Shown here: positions 48,190 to 58,700 of the stretch, one piece after another
Position numbering within the stretch: position 1 is the first letter of the stretch
Layout: every line of letters begins with the position of its first letter
Source of the DNA: Ostreococcus lucimarinus
Taxonomy: Eukaryota
NCBI GenBank assembly: GCA_000092065.1
Contig: CP000591.1
Length of the DNA stretch: 64,000 nt
Reading direction: 5' to 3' (one strand)
Notes under the pieces: generated by a model
The model's database searches: none
Seen by the model: only the letters and a program-made list of their open reading frames with translations
What the model was told of the DNA's origin: nothing
Translations under genes and position numbers: made by a program

Positions 48190-49977
48190 ATGGCGTCGCA
48201 AACGGGCGCGATCAAGCGACTCGCGAGCAAGGCGTTTCGAGGCGTGAACGTGGACGGATTCGCGTTCCAATCGCCCGACGTGCGATGCTACGTGCTGACG
48301 CACTTTCACGCGGATCATTACTGCGGCCTGAGCGGCTCGTTCGGTAAGGACGGCGATGAGGCGAAGATATACTGCTCTGAAATAACCGCGCGATTGGTGG
48401 TGGAATTCCTGGGCGTGAAGCGCGAGCGCGTGGTCGGGTGCGAGCTGGGACGGGGGACGACGCTGCGAGGCGCCGGGACGCGCGGGGACGACGTGGAGGC
48501 GACGTTCGTGGACGCGAATCATTGCCCGGGCGCGTGTTTGGTGTTTTTTAGAAATAAAATAACGGGGGAGACGCTGTTGCATACCGGAGATTTTCGAGCG
48601 GCGGCGCGCGTGCGGAACGATGGGACGCTGAGAGAGTTGTTGACGACGTGTCGGGACGGATCGGTGGATGAGGTGATGCTGGATACGACGTATTGCGAAA
48701 AGAAGTGGACGTTTCCCGATCAAGACGTGGTGCTGAATAAGATGAGACAGATCGCGCGGGATGAACTCGCGCGAGAACCGCGGACGCTGTTCTTGTGTGG
48801 GTCGTATTCGATCGGGAAGGAGCGGGCGATTCAAGCCGTGTGTCAGGGGGCGCAGAGTCGAGCGAGCGTCACGGCGAGACGAAAGAAATCGCTCGAATTG
48901 AGCGGGTGGTGGCGCGATGATGCGTTTGTGTGCGAAGACGATGACGCCGAAGAAGCCGCACGATGCCAAGTGCGCGTGTGTGGCCTCGGAAAAGGCTCAA
49001 ATCATCGCGCGATGATGGAAATTATGGCAAAGGAGGCACCGCGATGGCGCGCCGCCGTCGCGTTTTCGCCCACCGGCTGGAGTTATACGAAGAAAATGGA
49101 CGAAGACGGGTTTAACGTGAACCCCTGGATAGAAAACGAAGGACGCACGCGCACGTATGCGATTCCGTACAGCGAGCATTCGAGCTACACCGAGTTGCGG
49201 GAATTTATAAAATTCTTAAAGCCGAAGAAAATCACCCCGACGGTGAACGCGATCACGCCCAAGGATAGAGAAAAGTTGGTGAACAAACACTTTTTGGACT
49301 TGGTGGATTTGAAGCAGGACGTCAATAGGTTGGACTATTACTTCAAAAACAGCGCGTCGTCGATGTTGCGGGCGAAGAAGCAGAAAAAGACGGAGAATGT
49401 CGTCGTAATCATTGATAGCGAAGACGAACGAGACGACGACGTTAAAGTGGAGGCGGAAATCATCTCTGCTCTCGACGGGGACGTCGAAACCGTTCGAAGA
49501 CAGCGCGAGATGTGGAATCAAATAGGTCGCGTGGAGACAAAAAAGCCGCCGAAACCGCTGGAACCTTTCCCTCTCGAGTGCATCGCCGTCGTGCGAAACG
49601 GCGAGTACGACCAGTTTCGTTCTCGAGCGCACGTCGAACAACGACTCAAAGAGCTCGGCGCGACGATCATGTCCCGCGTGACGCCCAACGTCACGCACAT
49701 AATCGTTCCGAACCGAGGTGAGCTCGCGAACGAGGCCAATCGCCTGAGCGCGCTTCGCGAAATGGACGAGTACAAGAACCATCCCACTGCGCTTCGCGTC
49801 ACCGAGGCTTGGTTGATGCGCCACGTGCGCGCGCGCGCCAATGACGTCGCCCCCTCACACAGCGAGGCCGCCGTCGCCGCGTTCGAGGCGAAGAAGCGCG
49901 AAGAAAAACTCGCTCGCCTCGCCGACGCCAAGCGAAAGCGCGACGAGAAGAAGACATTAGCATTAGAAACGCGTTAG
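48190..49977 (+). CDS. SNM1: SNM1/PSO2-family DNA cross-link repair nuclease (metallo-beta-lactamase + DRMBL) with a C-terminal BRCT-like domain
   Basis: ATG at 48190. VLTHFHADHYCGL, VDANHCPGA, TGDFR, YSEHSSYTEL. BRCT-like tail: CIAVVRNGEYDQF...ELGATIMSRVTPNVTHIIVPN. Confidence 0.85.
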   Translation: MASQTGAIKRLASKAFRGVNVDGFAFQSPDVRCYVLTHFHADHYCGLSGSFGKDGDEAKIYCSEITARLVVEFLGVKRERVVGCELGRGTTLRGAGTRGDDVEATFVDANHCPGACLVFFRNKITGETLLHTGDFRAAARVRNDGTLRELLTTCRDGSVDEVMLDTTYCEKKWTFPDQDVVLNKMRQIARDELAREPRTLFLCGSYSIGKERAIQAVCQGAQSRASVTARRKKSLELSGWWRDDAFVCEDDDAEEAARCQVRVCGLGKGSNHRAMMEIMAKEAPRWRAAVAFSPTGWSYTKKMDEDGFNVNPWIENEGRTRTYAIPYSEHSSYTELREFIKFLKPKKITPTVNAITPKDREKLVNKHFLDLVDLKQDVNRLDYYFKNSASSMLRAKKQKKTENVVVIIDSEDERDDDVKVEAEIISALDGDVETVRRQREMWNQIGRVETKKPPKPLEPFPLECIAVVRNGEYDQFRSRAHVEQRLKELGATIMSRVTPNVTHIIVPNRGELANEANRLSALREMDEYKNHPTALRVTEAWLMRHVRARANDVAPSHSEAAVAAFEAKKREEKLARLADAKRKRDEKKTLALETR

Positions 49978-50058
49978 GACTGTTAAAACGTAGAGACATT
50001 CAACATTCGCTCGCTTGATTCATTTCCTTTTCCTTCACACCGCGGCGCGTCGCCCGAG

Positions 50059-51102
50059 ATGTCCGACGCCGAGCGCGCGGACGACGTGTCGAGCGATGCG
50101 TCGAGCGAGCTCGCGCGCCTTCGCGACGTTGCCGCGCGCGATGATTGGCTCGTCGAGGTCCCATCGTCGAGCTGTGCGTTGGAACGCTCGCTCGGCTGCG
50201 GATCGTCCGGTGAAGCGTTTCTGGCGTCCTGGCGCGGCGCGCGCGTGGTGGTGAAGACCATGAAACTATTACACGACGATGACGCCGCGAGAAGGGCGCT
50301 GGCGCGAAGAGCGTTCGTGAGAGAGTGCGAAATCATGGCGAGGCTGAGACACCCAAACGTGTTGGCGTTTTACGGGGCGAACGCGAACGGGAGAGACGCG
50401 AGCGTGGTGTGCGAGTACGCCCCGGGCGGGACGCTGAAGCAGTGGTTGCACGAAAATAAAGGGAAGAAACGGTCGCTAAGCGCGCGGTTGGGGATGGCGT
50501 TGGATATCGCGAGAGCGTTCGCGTATTTGGAGTCGCGAACGCCTCGCGTGATGCATCGAGATTTGAAACCGAGCAACGTGTTCGTGAGCGTCGATGGACG
50601 AGCGCTCGTGGCGGATTTCGGGTTGGCACGATTTGTTGCGCCAAGAGGAGAAGATCTCACAGGAGAGACCGGGACGTACATATACATGGCGCCGGAGGTG
50701 ATTAAGAGTCAACATTACGACGAACGCGCTGACGTGTTCTCGTATGGGATTTTACTTTACGAGCTGGTCACGGGAATAGAACCGTACCAACCGCATCATT
50801 TCACGGGGATTCAAATCGCAACGGCCGTCGCAGATCGCGCGTTTCGGCCGAAGATTCCGGATTCCACGCACGCCGGATTAACAGCCATCATTGAGATGTG
50901 TTGGCAACAAGACGCAAGCAATCGGCCGTCATTCGAACGTGTTCGTGAATCGATGGAAACCATGGTTCCGGACATTCTCAAAGAGGAAGAGACAAAACTC
51001 GCAGAACAACGTGAGAATCCAAGTTTTCAAGCGAAGACGCTCCAAAATTTATCGAGTACGCTCGCCGATTGGTCGAAAAAGATGTCCGATTTAGCTTCGT
51101 AG
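50059..51102 (+). CDS. Ser/Thr protein kinase (TKL/MAP3K-Raf-like)
   Basis: GCGSSGEAF...VVVKTM, HRDLKPSNVFV, DFGLARF, GTYIYMAPEV, DVFSYGILLYEL. Confidence 0.9.
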   Translation: MSDAERADDVSSDASSELARLRDVAARDDWLVEVPSSSCALERSLGCGSSGEAFLASWRGARVVVKTMKLLHDDDAARRALARRAFVRECEIMARLRHPNVLAFYGANANGRDASVVCEYAPGGTLKQWLHENKGKKRSLSARLGMALDIARAFAYLESRTPRVMHRDLKPSNVFVSVDGRALVADFGLARFVAPRGEDLTGETGTYIYMAPEVIKSQHYDERADVFSYGILLYELVTGIEPYQPHHFTGIQIATAVADRAFRPKIPDSTHAGLTAIIEMCWQQDASNRPSFERVRESMETMVPDILKEEETKLAEQRENPSFQAKTLQNLSSTLADWSKKMSDLAS

Positions 51103-51167
51103 CGCGATTAACAAAGTTTGGTTTCCACACAAAACCACTTCCCTGCGCGCGTCAAACAGCGACGGAC

Positions 51168-52148
51168 ATGCGTCGTCGACACAAACGTATAATATCCCAT
51201 GTGATTGCGACACTCATGCTTAATTGTAGGGGAACGGTGCTCGCCGCGGACGTTCGACCTCGAGACGAAACCGACGCCATCGTCGGTGCGCGAGGCGCAA
51301 TGTCGAGCCGCATCATAGGTGGAGTCATACCTGACTCTCCGTTATCAAAATACGCGCATGTTGTGGCTATTTTTGTTCAATCTGGGATGAGCGAGTACTT
51401 TCGTTGCGGTGGAACGCTCATCTCCAACGTGCACGTCATGTCTGCCGCGCACTGTTTCTTTGACCGCGCCGGCGTGTCGAACGTTGGAGCGTATTCATCG
51501 GTGGTCGTCAGATTCGGCGCACACGCCGACGTGAATGCGGGTGCGATGACGGCGAGCGTTGTCCGCATAGATGGACATCCTGAGTTCAGTGATATTACCT
51601 GGGACAACGACGTTTCAGTCCTCACGCTTTCGTCTCCCGTCGACGTCGCATCGTACCCGCCCGTTGTACTAGCTTGGAATCCGGCCGACATCAACGTCGG
51701 CCAGATCGCACACGTCGTCGGTTGGGGCACTCGAGACGATAACATGTTAAGCAAAGTGATGATGGAAGGTACGGTGCCCATTGTGTCACACGCGCAGTGC
51801 ACCGCCGCCGGCAGTTACGCCCCGAGTGAAATTCTGCCTTCGATGGTCTGCGCCGGTTACGCCCAAGGCGGCGTCGACGCGTGCCAGGGAGATTCCGGCG
51901 GTCCGTTGATTCAGAATTCAAAGCAAATCGGGATCGTCAGTTGGGGCGAAGGATGCGCGCTCCCACAAAAGTACGGCGTGTACTTCGCCGTGCGCGCCGC
52001 GCAAGGCTTTCTGGCTCTCGCCACGGATTCGTCGGTGTATCAATTTTCGCCTTCCGACGACCAAGCATCGCCGCCGCCATCGCCGACGCCGACGCCGACC
52101 CCGCAATTTCCCATTTTCAGTGGACTCTTCGCCTGGCTCTCGGCGTGA
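51168..52148 (+). CDS. Secreted trypsin-like serine protease (chymotrypsin fold, S1A)
   Basis: Track ORF starts at TTG 51069; the first ATG is at 51168 (MRRRHKRIISHVIATLMLNCRG). Activation-site-like SR-IIGG, His MSAAHCF, Asp DNDVSVLTL, Ser CQGDSGGPL, GIVSWGEGCA, and a Pro/Ser/Thr tail. Confidence 0.88.
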   Translation: MRRRHKRIISHVIATLMLNCRGTVLAADVRPRDETDAIVGARGAMSSRIIGGVIPDSPLSKYAHVVAIFVQSGMSEYFRCGGTLISNVHVMSAAHCFFDRAGVSNVGAYSSVVVRFGAHADVNAGAMTASVVRIDGHPEFSDITWDNDVSVLTLSSPVDVASYPPVVLAWNPADINVGQIAHVVGWGTRDDNMLSKVMMEGTVPIVSHAQCTAAGSYAPSEILPSMVCAGYAQGGVDACQGDSGGPLIQNSKQIGIVSWGEGCALPQKYGVYFAVRAAQGFLALATDSSVYQFSPSDDQASPPPSPTPTPTPQFPIFSGLFAWLSA

Positions 52149-52444
52149 ATAACTAAACTAGAGAAATAATTTTGTCGTCGCGTCGCCACCGCTGGGCGGC
52201 GCACCGCGCCACCGCTGGGCGCTGGTCCGCCCGCGCGTCACCGCACACCCCGACGCTCGCGTCGACCGCCCGTCCACGGATCGCCGGTCGGTACATGCGC
52301 GTCGCCCGCGCCGTCGCTCGCATCAGCGTCGTCGTACGCCCCCCCGCGCGACAAACAGCGCGACGACACGCGGTGCCCGCGACTCGTCCACGCGCGACGA
52401 ATTTCTTCTTCAACGCCTCGCGAGGCGTCGCCGCGAGCGCCGCG

Positions 52445-52802
52445 ATGGGGAACGACGACGTCACGGTGACGTTTAGTCACAACTGAGGTGCGTCGGCGCG
52501 TCACGACGGACGAAGGCTCGAGACGAGGGGAAAGATGGGCGACGCGTGGGTTTTGAGACTGACTGAACGACGCTCGACGCGCAGACGGAGGGATGCAAGA
52601 ATTCGAAGCCGCGAAGTCGGCGATTCTTAAGGTGAAACCCAGCGCGAATGTGATCGCGAATCGCGTGGACGCGTATCCGATCACCGTCAGGGTAAGCGTG
52701 GGCGAACGCGAAGTGTGGAGCGGGAGACAACAGCTGTTGTTCCGGAAAAATGGAAGACCGGCGATGAAGGATATCGAGGAAGCGATGCGAAAGCTCGGTT
52801 GA
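52445..52802 (+). CDS. SELH: Selenoprotein H-like (Rdx family) selenoprotein; join(52445..52487, 52585..52802); TGA at 52484-52486 read as Sec
   Basis: Exon 1 is MGNDDVTVTFSHN-U-(g). Exon 2 joins in frame to DGGMQEFEAAKSAILKVKPSANVIANRVDAYPITVRVSVGEREVWSGRQQLLFRKNGRPAMKDIEEAMRKLG. The track sees only the 69-aa tail. A SECIS lies about 60 nt after the stop. See findings. Confidence 0.7.
52488..52584 (+). other. 97-nt spliceosomal intron of the SelH-like gene
   Basis: gtgcgtcggcg...gagactgactgaacgacgctcgacgcgcag. GTGCGT donor and CTGAC (52559-63) 22 nt before the CAG acceptor, the same grammar as the DJ-1 intron. Confidence 0.65.
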
Positions 52803-52851
52803 TGCCGGGATGAGATTCCGCGAGATAGGTGTGAAGGCGGCGCGCGACGGG

Positions 52852-52929
52852 GCGAAGGTGATGACGAAGGATTCAACAAACTTGCTCTACGAGCGGGGAG
52901 AATTCTTTTGATGATGCTCGTTTCTTCGC
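52852..52929 (+). promoter_or_regulatory. SECIS element (type 2) in the 3'UTR of the SelH-like gene
   Basis: Lower helix gcgaag 52852-57 / cttcgc 52924-29. Core ATGA 52861-64 opposite tGAt 52909-12. Nine-bp helix II 52866-74 / 52900-08 (2 G.U pairs). Unpaired AA 52875-76. Apical mini-helix ttgctc 52882-87 / gagcgg 52891-96 with loop tac. Confidence 0.7.
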
Positions 52930-53151
52930 GCGATACCGCGCTTTGCGTCTGGTTATGATTTTTACTGTACCGGTACTATTGTAAGAGTACTCCGTTAGAC
53001 CATATTTATTACTCAACGATGAAGCGTTATACCGAGACGCTCGCGCGGTGCCTTCTCGAACGAAAACACGCGCATCGCGGCTACGAAGAATGTGAATAAT
53101 GCCAAATGTACGACATCGGTATTAAAAAATCGCTCTAACGCGCGCTCGCAC

Positions 53152-54389
53152 TTACACTCCCGTTACCTTGCCCTGAATGGAGTCTTCATCGGGCAAATCC
53201 TCGAACAGCTTCATCCAGTTCGGAATCCCAGCTCCAGACTTCCAAATCGTACCGTTCTTCGCCACGCCGAAGAAGACGTCGCGAACCGTTGGATCAAAAC
53301 CGGACGATTCGATTTGATTGATGATCCAGCGCTTCCAAGCTCCATTGTCCACAGGCATGAGCTTCAGCTTCTTGTCACCGCCGAGCAGCGCAGCCGCCGC
53401 ACTAGCGGTGAGCTCGGTGGTCTTTGAAGTCTTCGCTTTGCGTCTTCGCTGACCAAACGGCAACTCGTCTCCGGATTCTTCGCCGCTCTCGTCCATGGCC
53501 ACCGGTAAGATGACAATCTTATTCTTCGTCAACTTTTCCTTGAACCTCTCCAAACTTTCGAGGGTTTTTGTGATATGCTCTTCGCTCCCCGCGACGATGA
53601 AGACGCGATACGATCCGCGCAAGCGCGAAAACAACACATTCTTATCGCCGTCGCCGAGCGTCACGCCCAAGCGCCCCAACTCTTCCTCGCGCTCAACTTT
53701 CTGAATGATTTTCTCGCGCCCTTGAAGTTCACCGCGCAATAACACCGAGAACGCGAGGAGCCCGACGGTATTGATTCCTAAATTCGTCACCGTCTCGGTC
53801 AAATCGGGCGCGCCCTCGCCCCCCTGCACCGCCTTGATCAGACGCGTGCCGATGATGAACAAACCCAAACCCGCCCCCGCGGCTAATCCTCCGAATAAAT
53901 AAAGCTTGAAGAATCGAAACGGTTCTTGCGCCTCCGCGCGCAAATTCACCATCGTCGACGCGCCTCGACCTCCCTTCACCGCCGCCGCGACTTCTCCGTA
54001 CTGCGTCGACGCTCGAAACGCGTCCAAATCCGGGTCGCTCGTCAGCACCTTGAACTTCAAATTATGCACGTTCACCGCCGCGATGAGATCGTCCTTCGCC
54101 TCGTCGTACATGTTCATCTTGACGTATCCACACGCTCGATTATAACTCGCCGCCCTGGCCTCGTCTTCGTTCGGTTTCATCTCCAGCGCTCGCGTGAACG
54201 CCCGCGTCGCCGCCTCGTGTTCGCCCCTCTCGAACAATCGCAGTCCCTCGTTCACCGCCGTCGCCGCGTCCGCGTACGACGCGCGCGTCGTCGTCGACGA
54301 CGATTCGTCCGACGCGCGCGTTCGAGTCGCCGTTCGCACGCTCCCCGCGCGTCGTCGTCGCCTCGCGCCCGCGTCGTCCATCGTCGTCG

Positions 54390-54422
<33 letters not shown>

Positions 54423-54531
54423 CGCGCGTCGCGCCGGCGCGTCCCGCGTCGCGCGACGTCGCGCGCGCGCGTCGCCCCGCGCGCGTCGCGACGACCCGCG
54501 GCGCGCTCGCGCGGACGCGCGCCGTCGACAT
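53152..54531 (-). CDS. LPA1: LPA1/REP27-like chloroplast TPR membrane protein (PSII D1 assembly factor)
   Basis: Track start 54600 is TTG; the first ATG is at 54531 (MSTARVRASAPRVV). Transit-like N-terminus with poly-Thr, TPRs (AVNEGLRLFERGEHEAATRAFTRALEMKPNEDEARAASYNRACGYVKMNMYDEAKDDL), two TMs (FFKLYLFGGLAAGAGLGLFII; LGINTVGLLAFSVLL) and a conserved C-terminal domain. The family name is from memory. Confidence 0.6.
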
Positions 54532-54717
54532 CGCGCGATGGGCGACGCGATAAGGCGCGGTGTGACGCCGAGGACGGCGATTTCGTCTTCGTATGGGCAA
54601 ACAGTGTGATTCCTAAACCCCAGGACGGACGCGACGTCCGGACGCGCCGTCGCCGACCGCGCGCGACGCGCCGCAGGTGGCGACGCGCGCGAACGCGTCG
54701 GCGCGAGAAAGCGCGCG

Positions 54718-55692
54718 ATGGCGGCGCGAGCGACGCGCGCGCGACCGGGACGCGCGGTCGAGCGCGCGAGACGCGACGACGCGCGGAAAGGATGGCGAGG
54801 CAGAGGACGCGCGCGGGGCGCGACGAGGACGAAGACGACGACGACGACGACGACGACGGAGACGAGCGAGGAAGAGGAAGCGACGTGGACGCGAGCGAAA
54901 ATCGCGGTGCGACGACGGATCGAGGGCGGGGACGAAGACGTGTACGCGAACGCGCTGGCGAGCGAGGAGGCGACGACGCGGGACGACGACGAGACGCGAG
55001 CGACGACGTCGACGTCGAGCGCGACGCACGCGATGGATGTGTTGGCGTTCAGACGTCTGAGCGCGATGATGAATACGTTTGAGAAGAATGTGGAGACGCA
55101 CGGGATCGCGAGACAGGTGGTGGTGATCACGGCTGGGGCGGATACGCGGGCGTTTCGATTGCCGTTTCCGAGCGGAACGGCGATTTTCGAGTGCGCGGAC
55201 GGGACGGTGCACACGAAAGCGGCAGCCGTGATGAAGAAAGTTGGGGCGAAACCTTCGAAGGGGTGCTCGCACAGGCGCGTGCCGGTGGATGCGACCGCGA
55301 CAGACGCGGCTTATGGTGATTTAGAGGAACGTTTGGAACGCGCGGGATACCGCCCAGACGTGCGCTCGTTGTGGTTGGTGCAAGACGTACACGCGTGGGA
55401 TCACTCGCGGTTGTCGAATTTCATCACCGAAAGTGCGGATTTGATGACAACCGGGAGCGAACTCATCATAGACGCCAGCGCGTTGACGTCGACGGACGAC
55501 ATCATTCGTCGAGAATTTGCGTCAAACGGCGTCATGCCCGAAGTCGTGCGCATCCCCGCCGACGAAGGTCGAGAGCCCATTCGTTTAGTCTTAGGATGCG
55601 CCCAGCGAGTGTCGCTGAAGGAGTCGGAGTATTATCGTGAGCAATTGCGCGCCGCCGAGGACGAGGCTGACGAAGACGGCTTTGAGGACTGA
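54718..55692 (+). CDS. SAM-dependent O-methyltransferase, leucine carboxyl methyltransferase (LCM) superfamily
   Basis: ATG at 54718. QVVVITAGADTRAFRLPFPSGTAIFECADGTVH..K and WLVQDV. Low-complexity T/E/R-rich N-terminus. Confidence 0.65.
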   Translation: MAARATRARPGRAVERARRDDARKGWRGRGRARGATRTKTTTTTTTTETSEEEEATWTRAKIAVRRRIEGGDEDVYANALASEEATTRDDDETRATTSTSSATHAMDVLAFRRLSAMMNTFEKNVETHGIARQVVVITAGADTRAFRLPFPSGTAIFECADGTVHTKAAAVMKKVGAKPSKGCSHRRVPVDATATDAAYGDLEERLERAGYRPDVRSLWLVQDVHAWDHSRLSNFITESADLMTTGSELIIDASALTSTDDIIRREFASNGVMPEVVRIPADEGREPIRLVLGCAQRVSLKESEYYREQLRAAEDEADEDGFED

Positions 55693-55735
55693 TCAGCTTT
55701 TCACGAGCTTCATTAATGTACAACACGAAATTTGA

Positions 55736-58700
55736 TTACAACTTTGACTTCTTCCCGTCCTTTTCCTTCTTCTCCTTCTTCTCTTTCTTCTCTTTCTTCG
55801 CCTTCTTCGCCTTCTTCTCTTTCTTAAATTCATGCGTTTTACGCTTTTTGTCTTTCACCTCAGCCTCTGGCGCGTCTTCGTCCGCTTCGGAATCCTCGAA
55901 GACCACTTTTTTGCCTTGCGAGTCGCCGCCGCCTTGCTCCATCCAATCGATCGCCGTGTGATCGCTCGTGGAGTCGAGTGGTGAACTTATAGCTTCAGTT
56001 TCGATCAAATCATCTAGCCCTCTCGGATCAGATGCATTTTGAGCGCCGATACCCTTCTCCCGAAGCACTCGAAGCGTCTTTTGCATGTCAAATTCAGCTT
56101 CTCGTTGCGCTTTGCGCGCGGGCTGCAGCGCGAGCGGACTGTGCATCTCTTTCGCCTTTTCGCGCGATCCAACCACCATTCGTGATGAACGACTGAGCAT
56201 TTTTTGCTCAAATATCGGTAGAGCAAAGTCAAATCCAGAGTTTGGGCCGTGCTTTCGTACTCCATCAACCAAGGTGTCGGCAAGAAGGACGGCGTCACTC
56301 ATGGCTTGATTCGCACCTTGCGCCTTGAATGGAGTCATCGGGTGAGCGGCGTCACCAATCAACGTGACGCGACGCTTTGATTCATCAGTAGGGCGGAGTA
56401 ATACCGGATCGAGCAATTCCCTGTCGTACACTGGGTAGCCCGACATACAATCCAGCGGCGTGTTGCGAAGCAAATCTGGAACAGGGTCATGCCACTGCGC
56501 ACAACGCCGAACTATTTCCTCCTTTAGCGTCGTCGCATCTTTCGTGTATTGACGCGCTGTTTCTTCAGAGCATGGAAAAGATAGCTGCCACATAGTCGAA
56601 GTAGTCGTGAAGGGCATGGCATACAACCGTGTGGCGCCGTCGACCGTCTCAAAAATACGTCGATGCGCGAGCGGTACGTTCATTATCTTCTCATCCACGA
56701 TTCCTAGCACGACACACAATCCAACATAGTTCAGACGATCTCCTGGGAGGTCTAAATGACGTCGCACGGTTGAGAATATCCCGTCCGACCCCACGAGTAG
56801 AGCTCCATCGAGCTCGGTACCATCCGTGGACGCGACGGAGACTCCATTTTCGCGAGCCACAAAGCTCTTGAGCTTGCTATTCCAGCGAATAGTTCCCGGT
56901 TGCACAGCTTCGATGATGCGAGATCGAAGCACTTGACGGGGTATATGAATGAATCGTCCAGAATTTTGCACCTCGCGACGTTCACGCGACTTTGCTCCAA
57001 AAGCCTCTCCGAAAAATCCAATAATGTGCCCCTCTGCGTCAAAGGTGTAATGTGACGTCGAAGGAGCATCGTCTTGAGATATGTCAACGCCCATGGCTTG
57101 TATAGCGTCTTGGGCTTGCACAGTGAGCCCATATCCTTGAGCGCGCGCGTCAAAGCTTTCATCTGACTCCAACACGATGACATCGAATCCTTTGCTCTGC
57201 AATGCCACGGCTGCCGCCGCGCCTCCTATGCCCCCACCAGCGATTATAACTCGTCCACATTTCGAAACGTCGACGGGAGGACCGTATTTTTCATTGTTCG
57301 CGCCGTGTCGTTGCTGCTTGAGATGCTTCACCACACTATGCTGTCCAGCCGTCGTAAACGCCCACTCCAAATTGTTCAACTCTTCATCACTGAACTCATC
57401 CATGAGTCTCTTCACTGATCGAGCCAGCGCGGTAAACAACGCATCGTTTACTTGTCCGGAGTTTGCAAACGTCCAAGCGACGTTAACCAGATCTTGAGCG
57501 TTGAAATTATCCGCTTGGTGCTCGGCCGCGGATGCCAATGCGACAAAGAGAGCCTCGCTGAGTTGGCTTGCTTGGTCAAACGTCCAAACTATGTTGGCGA
57601 TATTCGGCGCATCTAAATCGTTCAGTCGATGATCCAATATCGATTTTCGCGCTGCAACAAAAAGTTTGGCATCATATCGACCGAGTTTTGCAAACGCCCA
57701 CGTGGTATTCACGAGGTCTTGGGTGTTGAAATCAGCCAAGCACCGTTCTGACAGGCTCGCCAACGAAGTGAATAACTTTTCGTCGTGATGACACGCCTTC
57801 CCGAAAGCCCAGGCGGTATTGGCAATATCCTGAGAATTAAACTCACTCGCATTCGCGGTCATTCTGCGCTCGATAGAACGACCGAACTTGGAAAAAAGTT
57901 CGGCGTCCAGATGCCCACATTTGGAAAAAGACCAAACCGTGTTCGTCAAGCCTTGCGCGTTCAAGGCGCTCAGGTGCCGCTCTGCGTGCTTGGCGAGCGT
58001 CGTAAACAATTTTGCGTCGTATTGTCCCGCCTTAGCGAACGCGTAGATGAGATTTGAAAAGTCTTGCGCGTTGAAATCATCCAAGCGTTCTTGCGCCTTC
58101 TGCGACATTGCGCGAAACAAACCAACGTCGACAAAGCCCGACTTTGCGAACCCCCAAGCCGTGTTCGACAAACCTTGCGTGTTGAACTCCCCCAAACGTC
58201 TCTCCACACACCGCGCCAGAGCTTTAAACAGCCTCGCGTCGGCGTGTCCCACCGAGGCGAACGCCCAGCAAGTATTCGTGAGCTCTTGCGAATTAAATCG
58301 CTCCGCGTGTCGCTCCGCCATCCTCGCCAACGCGCTAAACAATCGTTCACACTTGTAATCCGCCTTGGCGAACGCCCACGCAATGTTCGCCAACTCTTGC
58401 CCTCGATCGATCCCTCCCAAGTGTCGCTCTATCGCCTTCGCGAGCGCGGCGAACAACTCCTCGCTCCCTCCTCCCTTGGCCGCGCCGTGCGCCACGTTCG
58501 CCAGCTCCCGTCCCCCCATCTTCGATCGCTCATCCCTCACGAATTCGATCGTGTGCGCGATCAATCGTTCGTGCGCATCATTCATCCCGTCCCCATCGCT
58601 CGAGCTCGCCCGTTCACCGTCGCATCGCATCCGTCCGACGCTCGTCCACACCGCCGACAGGTGAATGTGATTCATCCGTCCCGCGCTCTCGTCTCGCAGC

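Noticed and set aside
52554-52562. Two in-frame TGA codons (F-U-D-U) directly upstream of the 69-aa ORF, considered as Sec codons of an unspliced selenoprotein.
   Set aside because: There is no ATG upstream in that frame before another stop. U-x-U with no flanking strand/helix pattern fits no Rdx motif. Both TGAs fall inside the intron predicted by the better-supported spliced model.
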